Of a DNA stretch of 34,457 nucleotides, positions 7,777 through 14,910 are shown piece by piece (position 1 is the first letter of the stretch; the number at the start of each line of letters is the position of its first letter). Position numbers and translations under genes: made by a program. The DNA lies in the NCBI GenBank assembly GCA_964513525.1, contig CAZEOC010000001.1, forward strand, positions 1,048-35,504. Direction: 5' to 3'. The notes beneath the pieces were generated by a model. The model was not told where the DNA came from. It saw only the letters and a list, made by a program, of their open reading frames with translations, and did not search any database. The stretch is from an uncultured Saprospiraceae bacterium (GTDB lineage Bacteria; Bacteroidota; Bacteroidia; Chitinophagales; Saprospiraceae).

Positions 7777-8979
7777 ATGAACAACAAAGTAGTTTTAGCA
7801 TATAGTGGCGGATTAGATACGTCTTTTTGTGTGAAATATCTAACGCAAGAAAAAGGTTTGGAAGTTCATGCAGTTATTATTAATACTGGTGGATTCTCGG
7901 AAGAAGAATTGAAAAATATTGAAACAAAAGCCTATGAATTAGGGGCGAAATCTTTTGAAGCAATAGATGTTACTCGTAAATATTATGATGAATGTTTAAA
8001 GTATTTGATTTATGGAAATGTATTACGAAATAATACGTATCCACTTTCTGTAAGTGCGGAAAGAATGTTTCAGGCTTTGGAAATTGCGAATTATGCTAAT
8101 AGGGTAGGAGCGACAAAAGTTGCACACGGAAGTACTGGAGCTGGAAATGACCAAATTCGTTTTGATTTAACCTTTCAAGTATTAGGGAATAATTTGGAAA
8201 TCATTACGCCAATTCGTGATTTACAATTATCTCGTCAAGCAGAAATTGAGTATTTGCAACAGAATGGCGTGGATTGGAGTTGGGAAAAAGCAAAATACTC
8301 TGTGAATCAAGGACTTTGGGGAACTTCAGTTGGTGGTGTAGAAACATTGACTTCTGACAAGGCTTTACCTGAATCTGCTTACCCTTCACAATTAGAAAAA
8401 ACGGAACCATCTGAAATTACTTTACATTTTGAAAAAGGAGAATTGAAAGGTATTAATGAAGAAACCTTTGAACATACCGTTCAAGCGATTCAAGCATTAC
8501 AAAAATTAGCTACACCTTATGCAATCGGTCGAGATATTCATGTTGGCGATACGATTATTGGTATCAAAGGACGAGTTGGTTTTGAAGCTGCTGCTCCAAT
8601 GATGATAATTAAAGCACATCATTTATTAGAAAAACATACCTTAACTAAATGGCAACAACATTGGAAAGACCAATTATCAAATTGGTACGGAATGATGTTG
8701 CATGAAGGACAATTTTTAGAGCCAGTTGCTCGAAATATGGAAACATTCATGGAAGATACACAGCAACATGTAACTGGTCAAGTTCATGTAGTTTTATTAC
8801 CATATCGTTTTGAATTACAAGGAATTACCTCTGATAACGATTTAATGAAATCATCATTTGGCGTTTATGGTGAAATGAATAAAGGTTGGACAGCTGATGA
8901 GGCTAAAGGTTTTATTAAAATATTAGCAAATCCGCAGCAAATTTATTATTCGGTACATAAGAAAGATAATCCAGAATAA
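7777..8979 (+). CDS. argG: Argininosuccinate synthase
   Basis: VLAYSGGLDTS ATP-pyrophosphatase motif, AHGSTGAGNDQIRF, 400 aa. Confidence 0.95.
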   Translation: MNNKVVLAYSGGLDTSFCVKYLTQEKGLEVHAVIINTGGFSEEELKNIETKAYELGAKSFEAIDVTRKYYDECLKYLIYGNVLRNNTYPLSVSAERMFQALEIANYANRVGATKVAHGSTGAGNDQIRFDLTFQVLGNNLEIITPIRDLQLSRQAEIEYLQQNGVDWSWEKAKYSVNQGLWGTSVGGVETLTSDKALPESAYPSQLEKTEPSEITLHFEKGELKGINEETFEHTVQAIQALQKLATPYAIGRDIHVGDTIIGIKGRVGFEAAAPMMIIKAHHLLEKHTLTKWQQHWKDQLSNWYGMMLHEGQFLEPVARNMETFMEDTQQHVTGQVHVVLLPYRFELQGITSDNDLMKSSFGVYGEMNKGWTADEAKGFIKILANPQQIYYSVHKKDNPE

Positions 8980-8993
8980 ACTAAGTCAAAAAC

Positions 8994-9962
8994 ATGAATT
9001 ACAAGATAGGAATCATTGGTGGTGGAGGATATACCGCTGGAGAATTATTACGTTTACTCGTCCATCATCCGCAAGTCGATATTGATTTTGTATTGAGTAA
9101 TAGCCAAAATGGAAAAAAAGTTAGCTTGGTTCATCAAGATTTAGTTGGTGATATTGATTTGGTATTTACAAATGAAATGAACTTAGAAGTTGATGTGATT
9201 TTCATTTGTTCAGGTCATGGATTTTCTAAAACTTTTTTAGCTGAAAATGAAGTGCCTGATAATATTGCAATCATTGATTTGAGTCGTGATTTTAGATTAA
9301 AAGAAGAAGGTAATAACTTCGTTTATGCTTTACCAGAATTACAAAAATCGGCGATAAAAGCGACAAATCGAATTGCAAATCCTGGTTGTTTTGCGACTGC
9401 AATTCAATTAGCGTTATTGCCTTTAGCTGCAAATCAGGCTTTGAAAAATGATATTCATATCAATGCTTTAACGGGTTCTACTGGTGCAGGACAAAAACCA
9501 ACTCCAACGTCACATTTTAGTTGGAGATTAAATAATATTTCAGTTTATAAACCTTTTACGCATCAACATTTAGGCGAAATCACACAAAGTTTGACGCAAT
9601 TACAAGCTGATTTTAATAGTGAAATCAATTTCTTGCCTGTCCGTGGAAACTTTGCAAGAGGTATTTATGCCAGTGCTTATACCAAATTTGAAGGTACAAT
9701 AGAAACTGCTTATAAATGGTATGAGGAATTTTATAAAGATTCCGCTTTTACGGTTGTAACGCACGAAAATCCAAATTTGAAGCAAGTCGTGAATACGAAT
9801 AAATGTGTGATTCATTTATTAAAACATGGCGATAAATTATTGATAATCAGTATGATTGATAATTTATTAAAAGGTGCTTCTGGTCAAGCCGTTCAGAATA
9901 TGAATTTAGTTTTGGGCTTACCCGAAAAATTGGGCTTAGGATTGAAAGCAGTTTATTTTTAA
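8994..9962 (+). CDS. argC: N-acyl-gamma-glutamyl-phosphate reductase
   Basis: N-terminal GGGGYTAGELLRLL Rossmann motif and the catalytic-Cys motif ANPGCFATA. 322 aa. Confidence 0.93.
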   Translation: MNYKIGIIGGGGYTAGELLRLLVHHPQVDIDFVLSNSQNGKKVSLVHQDLVGDIDLVFTNEMNLEVDVIFICSGHGFSKTFLAENEVPDNIAIIDLSRDFRLKEEGNNFVYALPELQKSAIKATNRIANPGCFATAIQLALLPLAANQALKNDIHINALTGSTGAGQKPTPTSHFSWRLNNISVYKPFTHQHLGEITQSLTQLQADFNSEINFLPVRGNFARGIYASAYTKFEGTIETAYKWYEEFYKDSAFTVVTHENPNLKQVVNTNKCVIHLLKHGDKLLIISMIDNLLKGASGQAVQNMNLVLGLPEKLGLGLKAVYF

Positions 9963-9970
9963 TTAGTTAC

Positions 9971-10110
9971 TGGATACTTGATACTGGATGCTTGATACTG
10001 ATTACCTGAAGCATGATTCTAAATTGTTAAATAAATTAATAATTTTAGTTTTCAAGAAGAGGATATCAGCAACGAACTACCAGTATCCAGTATCCAGCAT
10101 CAAGTATCCA
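9971..10110 (+). repeat. Long stem (30 positions) made of inverted heptamer arrays, filling the argC-argD spacer
   Basis: 9971-10000 (tggatac ttgatac tggatgc ttgatac tg) pairs with 10081-10110 (ca gtatcca gtatcca gcatcaa gtatcca). Hand count: 2 mismatches, 1 G-U. Loop is 80 nt and AT-rich. The stem starts 9 nt after the argC stop and ends 2 nt before the argD ATG. Confidence 0.7.
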
Positions 10111-10112
10111 AA

Positions 10113-11243
10113 ATGAAATTATTTGATGTTTATCCCGTTTTCGATATAGAACCCGTAAAGGGTGAAGGTTGTTATATTTACGATAAATCGGGCACAAAAT
10201 ATTTAGATTTTTATGGTGGTCATGCAGTCATTTCGATTGGACATTCGCATCCACATTATGTTGATAAAGTCGGTACTCAATTAGCAAATTTAGGATTTTA
10301 TTCTAATTCAGTTGAGAATAGTTTGCAAGTAGAATTAGCTGCAAAAATGGGTAAACTATCGGGCTTAGAAGATTACCAATTATTCTTATGTAATTCAGGT
10401 GCAGAAGCGAATGAGAATGCTTTGAAAATGGTTTCTTTTGAAACAGGAAAAACCAAAATTATTGCCTTTGAAAATGCCTTTCACGGTCGTACTTCTTCGG
10501 CAGTAAACATTACACATAACCCAAAAATACAAGCACCAATAAATCAAACTTTTGACCGAGAATGGTTAAAACTAAACGAAATTGCCCCAGTAGAAAAAAC
10601 TTTAGCAAAAGGCGATGTTGCTGCGATTATCATCGAAGGAATTCAAGGGATTGGCGGAATTTATGTTCCCACTAAAGAGTTTTTAGAAGCAGTTGCTGAA
10701 TTATGTAAAACCTATAATGTTCCCTTAATTTTAGATGAAATACAATCTGGAAGTGGTCGAAGTGGGAAATATTTTGCTTTTCAATATGCAGATATTCAGC
10801 CAGATATTATTTCTATTGCAAAAGGAATTGGAAATGGTTTTCCTGTTGGTGGAATTTTATTGTCACCAAAATACGAAGCCAAATACGGACTTTTAGGAAC
10901 AACTTTCGGTGGAAATCATTTGGCTTGTGCTGCTGCAATTGCAGTGTTAGAAGTATTAGAAAAGGAAAATTTAATCGAAAATGCCAACTTAGTAGGCGAT
11001 TATCTACAAGAGCAATTAAAACAAATTCCTTCTGTAAAAGCAGTTCGTGGAAAAGGTTTAATGATAGGAATTGATTTTGATTTCCCTGTTAAAGCTTTCA
11101 GAAAAAAATTGGTAAAAGAATATCGACTTTTTACAGGTTCTGCTGCTAATCCAAATACTGTACGACTTTTACCTCCTTTAAATATTACAAAAGTAGAAGC
11201 CGATTTATTTTTAGAAATTTTTAAAAAAGCATTAAAATCGTAG
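10113..11243 (+). CDS. argD: Acetyl/succinyl-ornithine aminotransferase (class III PLP)
   Basis: LILDEIQSGSGRSGKYFAF and the PLP-lysine context SIAKGIGNGFPVG. 376 aa. Confidence 0.92.
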   Translation: MKLFDVYPVFDIEPVKGEGCYIYDKSGTKYLDFYGGHAVISIGHSHPHYVDKVGTQLANLGFYSNSVENSLQVELAAKMGKLSGLEDYQLFLCNSGAEANENALKMVSFETGKTKIIAFENAFHGRTSSAVNITHNPKIQAPINQTFDREWLKLNEIAPVEKTLAKGDVAAIIIEGIQGIGGIYVPTKEFLEAVAELCKTYNVPLILDEIQSGSGRSGKYFAFQYADIQPDIISIAKGIGNGFPVGGILLSPKYEAKYGLLGTTFGGNHLACAAAIAVLEVLEKENLIENANLVGDYLQEQLKQIPSVKAVRGKGLMIGIDFDFPVKAFRKKLVKEYRLFTGSAANPNTVRLLPPLNITKVEADLFLEIFKKALKS

Positions 11244-11318
11244 GACAAACGGCATTGCCGAAATAGGATAATAAAATAAAATTATTACGTATTGGTAAAG
11301 GTAATGCCGTTTGCCCTA
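11241..11318 (+). repeat. 19-position stem closing the argD-argF' spacer
   Basis: 11241-11259 (taggacaaacggcattgcc, includes the argD stop TAG) pairs with 11300-11318 (ggtaatgccgtttgcccta). Hand count: 1 mismatch, 1 G-U. Loop 40 nt. The argF' ATG lies 15 nt downstream. Confidence 0.65.
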
Positions 11319-11332
11319 TTGAAAATAAAATC

Positions 11333-12277
11333 ATGAATTTCATTACACAAAACGATATTAATAATATTCCTCAATTAGTACAAGAAGCACTTGAATTAAA
11401 AGCTGACCCTTTGAAATATAGACATTTAGGAATTGGTAAAACTTTAGGTTTACTTTTTTTTAATAATAGTTTAAGAACTCGAATTAGTACTCAAAAAGCG
11501 GCGCAAAACTTAGGCTTAGAAAGCATCGTTTTGAATACAAATGATGGTTGGAAGTTGGAGTTTGAAGATGGAGCTGTGATGAATATTGATAAAGCGGAAC
11601 ATATCAAAGAAGCCGCTGCGGTGATGAGTCAATATTTTGATATTTTAGGCATTCGAGCTTTTCCTGGTCTGAAAAATAGAGTGGAAGATTATAGTGAAAA
11701 ATTGATGGGTGCTTTTTTGAAAAACACGACTGTACCAATTTTAAATATGGAAAGTAGTACACAACATCCTTTACAGTCAGTTGCAGATTTATTAACGATA
11801 GCGGAACATAAAACGGTTAAGAAACCAAAAATTGTTTTGTCTTGGGCACCTCATCCGAGAGCCTTGCCACAAGCCGTTGCGAATTCATTTTCTATTTGGA
11901 CACAAGCGGCTGGTTACGACCTGACGATTACTCATCCGAAAGGCATGGAGTTATCTCCAGATTTTGTTGGTGCGGCAACGGTTGAATACAATCAAGATAA
12001 GGCATTTGAAGGAGCAGATTTTATCTATACTAAAAACTGGTCATCTTTCAATAATTATGGTAAACCGTTGGGAAATCATGAAGATTGGATGATTACACAG
12101 GAAAAAATGGCTTTGACTAATAATGGTTATTTTATGCATTGTTTACCTGTTCGTCGGAATATGGTTGTCGCAGATGCTGTTTTAGATAGTTCGCAATCCT
12201 TGACAATACAACAAGCAAATAATCGAACTTTTGCGGCTCAAGCGGTGCTTAAAAGAATGTTAGAAAAAATAGCATAA
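11333..12277 (+). CDS. argF: N-acyl-ornithine carbamoyltransferase (argF' type: N-succinyl- or N-acetyl-ornithine transcarbamylase)
   Basis: FFNNSLRTRISTQKAA (carbamoyl-phosphate STRTR-like motif), WAPHPRALPQAV and HCLPVRRN match the Bacteroides/Xanthomonas argF' family as I recall it, rather than classical OTCase (HCLP...E). Confidence 0.88.
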   Translation: MNFITQNDINNIPQLVQEALELKADPLKYRHLGIGKTLGLLFFNNSLRTRISTQKAAQNLGLESIVLNTNDGWKLEFEDGAVMNIDKAEHIKEAAAVMSQYFDILGIRAFPGLKNRVEDYSEKLMGAFLKNTTVPILNMESSTQHPLQSVADLLTIAEHKTVKKPKIVLSWAPHPRALPQAVANSFSIWTQAAGYDLTITHPKGMELSPDFVGAATVEYNQDKAFEGADFIYTKNWSSFNNYGKPLGNHEDWMITQEKMALTNNGYFMHCLPVRRNMVVADAVLDSSQSLTIQQANNRTFAAQAVLKRMLEKIA

Positions 12278-12290
12278 AACGTAATAAAGT

Positions 12291-12337
12291 CCGTCATATC
12301 GACCTTTGTCGGCATGACGGTTTCTATCTGTTTTTTT
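12291..12337 (+). terminator. GC-rich hairpin plus U tract between argF' and argB (internal terminator/attenuator or RNA stabiliser)
   Basis: ccgtcatatcgac (12291-12303) pairs with gtcggcatgacgg (12308-12320): 13 positions, 1 mismatch, 1 G-U, loop cttt. Followed by tttctatctgttttttt. Confidence 0.5.
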
Positions 12338-12357
12338 AATACTCGAATAGTTATATT

Positions 12358-13104
12358 ATGAAGTTGAAAATCATAAAAATTGGCGGAAACGTCATTAATA
12401 ATAAAGAAAAATTAGCAGAAGCTTTAGCGAATTTTGCAGCGATAAAATCACCAAAAATACTCGTTCATGGTGGAGGAAGAAAAGCATCGGAACTGAGTAA
12501 ACAAATGGGTATCGAACCACAAATGATTAAAGGCAGACGAGTAACGAATGAAGCCACTTTAGAAATTGTTACGATGGTCTATTCTGGTTTATTGAATACA
12601 CAAATTGTCGCCAATTTACAGGCGTTAGGTTGTAATGCTTTGGGATTAAATGGAGCGGATATCAATGCCATTCAAAGTCATAAACGCATCGTCAAAGAGA
12701 TTGATTATGGTTTTGCGGGTGATGTTGATTTTTGTAATGCAGACTTATTATCTAAATTAATTCAATTAGGAATTTCGCCTGTTTTTTGTGCTATTACACA
12801 TGATAAAAAAGGACAATTATTAAATACAAATGCAGATACAATTGCATCAACTTTAGCAGTTGCTTTAAGTAAATTCTTTGAAGTAGAATTGACTTATACT
12901 TTTGAAAAAGCTGGCGTTTTGTACGATGCTGAAGATGATAATTCCTTAATTCCATTGATTACCAAAAGTGATTATGTACAATTAAAAAAAGATAAAATCA
13001 TTTTTGATGGCATGATTCCGAAGATTGATAATGCGTTTGACGCTTTGGAAAATGGAGTTAGTTTGGTGGAGATTGGTGGAACGAAATTTTTGTTAAACAC
13101 ATAA
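12358..13104 (+). CDS. argB: Acetylglutamate kinase-family (N-acyl-glutamate kinase)
   Basis: IIKIGGNV...LVHGGG...NTNADT amino-acid-kinase motifs. 248 aa. Confidence 0.9.
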   Translation: MKLKIIKIGGNVINNKEKLAEALANFAAIKSPKILVHGGGRKASELSKQMGIEPQMIKGRRVTNEATLEIVTMVYSGLLNTQIVANLQALGCNALGLNGADINAIQSHKRIVKEIDYGFAGDVDFCNADLLSKLIQLGISPVFCAITHDKKGQLLNTNADTIASTLAVALSKFFEVELTYTFEKAGVLYDAEDDNSLIPLITKSDYVQLKKDKIIFDGMIPKIDNAFDALENGVSLVEIGGTKFLLNT

Positions 13105-13211
13105 ATACATAGAAAACAAAGTTTTGATTTTAGCAACGCTAAAATGTTTTTATAAAATATTTCAACAAGGTTGAAATCAAAAAATTATATTCTTTATGTA
13201 CCTATGTGTTT
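13095..13211 (+). repeat. 19-position stem closing the argB-argE spacer
   Basis: 13095-13113 (aaacacataaatacataga, contains the argB stop) pairs with 13193-13211 (tttatgtacctatgtgttt, contains the GTG at 13206). There is a 2-nt internal mismatch and 1 G-U. Two small local hairpins lie inside the loop: ttttagc/gctaaaa at 13128-13144 and atttcaa/ttgaaat at 13159-13177. Confidence 0.5.
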
Positions 13212-14285
13212 CAAGATAAAAAAATGAAACAACAAGTAATAAACTTACTAAAGCAGCTCATATCCACACAATCGTTCTCAAGAGAAGAAGAGAATACAGC
13301 CGAAATTATCAATAATTTCCTACAAAAAAACGGCGTCGAAACGATACGAAGTGGCAATAATGTTTGGTGTAAATCAAAACATTTTGATGAAGCGAAACCA
13401 ACAATTTTATTGAATTCTCATCATGATACTGTGAAGCCAGTACAAGGTTGGACGAGAAATCCATTCGAACCGACGGTTGAAAATGGGAAATTATATGGAT
13501 TAGGCAGTAATGATGCTGGTGCTTCTTTGGTGAGTTTGATGGCTACTTTTTTGCATTTTCATGAACAAGAAATGCCATTTAATTTGATTTATGCCGCAAC
13601 GGCTGAAGAGGAAATTTCGGGTGTAAATGGAATTGCTTCTATTAAGGTTGATTTTGGTAAAATTGCTGGTGGAATTATCGGTGAACCAACTCAAATGAGA
13701 ATGGCAATTGCAGAAAAAGGTTTGATGGTTGTCGATGGAATTGCTCATGGAAAAGCTGGTCATGCTGCAAGAGAAGAAGGTGTGAATGCGATGTATATCG
13801 CTTTGGAGGATATTGATTTTATTAGAAATTATGAATTTACGGAAGTATCAGAATTGTTAGGAAAAACGAAACTTTCGGTGACACAAATCGAAGCTGGAAC
13901 GCAGCACAATGTCGTGCCTGACACTTGTAAATTTGTAATGGATATTCGGACAACGGAGAAACATACGAATCAAGGCGTTTTTGATTTTTTACAGAAAAAT
14001 ACACAATCCCAATTGAAGGCTCGTTCGTTTCGATTGAATTCTTCGGGTATTGATTTATCGCATCCGTTGGTGAAAAGTGGTTTGTCGTTGGGGCTAGAAT
14101 ATTTCGGTTCTTCGACACTTTCTGACCAAGCATTATTGGATTTTCCGACGGTAAAAATGGGTGTGGGAAAATCAAAACGCTCACATACTGCGAACGAGTT
14201 TATTTGTTTGAAAGAGATTGAGAAGGGAATCGATTTGTATGTTGAGTTTATTAAAAATATTGAGTTTGAAAACGCTAAAATTTAA
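13206..14285 (+). CDS. argE: M20-family N-acyl-ornithine deacylase (ArgE-like)
   Basis: LLNSHHDTV, SNDAGAS and EEE motifs of M20 metallopeptidases (ArgE/DapE). The track start is GTG 13206. An in-frame ATG at 13224 (MKQQVINLLKQLI) is an equally good or better start. Confidence 0.85.
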   Translation: MFQDKKMKQQVINLLKQLISTQSFSREEENTAEIINNFLQKNGVETIRSGNNVWCKSKHFDEAKPTILLNSHHDTVKPVQGWTRNPFEPTVENGKLYGLGSNDAGASLVSLMATFLHFHEQEMPFNLIYAATAEEEISGVNGIASIKVDFGKIAGGIIGEPTQMRMAIAEKGLMVVDGIAHGKAGHAAREEGVNAMYIALEDIDFIRNYEFTEVSELLGKTKLSVTQIEAGTQHNVVPDTCKFVMDIRTTEKHTNQGVFDFLQKNTQSQLKARSFRLNSSGIDLSHPLVKSGLSLGLEYFGSSTLSDQALLDFPTVKMGVGKSKRSHTANEFICLKEIEKGIDLYVEFIKNIEFENAKI

Positions 14286-14391
14286 CATAAATTCAAAAAA
14301 CATTTTAGAGTCGACAAGGTTTATATTGATGTAATAATTTGTTGAAAAACAATTAATTATTCAATTTCATAAATCTTAAAAACAGTCTAAT

Positions 14392-14838
14392 ATGAAAAAG
14401 GAATTTTGGAGGATATCTTTATTATTTTCATTATGTATTATCATTTTTTCTTCATGTTATCGAGATATTTCATTGCGTTTAGAAGATAGAATGATTAGTG
14501 GAAATTGGTCGTTTGAGAAAGTTCGTCATTTTGAAGCAATTGACCTTGTTGGAAAGTTAGTGACCGCAGAATACAATGACATAAAAGTGAATTTTGGTAA
14601 AGATAAAACCATGGAATATAATGAGAATGGACAATTATTTAGTGGTAAATGGGATTTAAAAATTGATCGTTCGGGAGAACAAATGGATTTAGAATTAATT
14701 GCTTCATTGGTAAATGATGAAGGCGAGATTAAAACTATTGTTTGGGAAAATATAATGTTTATCAACGGTCGAATACGAGCGATTGAATACTTTGATGATG
14801 GAAGAAGAATCCGTTATTTTTTGAAAAACGAATCGTAA
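14392..14838 (+). CDS. Small lipoprotein, unknown function
   Basis: Signal/lipobox LLFSLCIIIFSSC, 148 aa, a beta-rich-looking sequence. No catalytic motif. Confidence 0.6.
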   Translation: MKKEFWRISLLFSLCIIIFSSCYRDISLRLEDRMISGNWSFEKVRHFEAIDLVGKLVTAEYNDIKVNFGKDKTMEYNENGQLFSGKWDLKIDRSGEQMDLELIASLVNDEGEIKTIVWENIMFINGRIRAIEYFDDGRRIRYFLKNES

Positions 14839-14873
14839 AAGATGGGCAAAAGTGCTTTTTAAAAACTTAGTAG

Positions 14874-14900
14874 AAGGGAAATGATATTATCATTTCCCTT
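14874..14900. terminator. Bidirectional terminator between convergent genes
   Basis: Perfect palindrome aagggaaatgata-t-tatcatttccctt (13-nt arms), flanked by an A-rich run on the left and a T-rich run on the right. It lies between the stop at 14838 (+) and the stop at 14911 (-). Confidence 0.7.
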
Positions 14901-14910
14901 TATTTATTCC

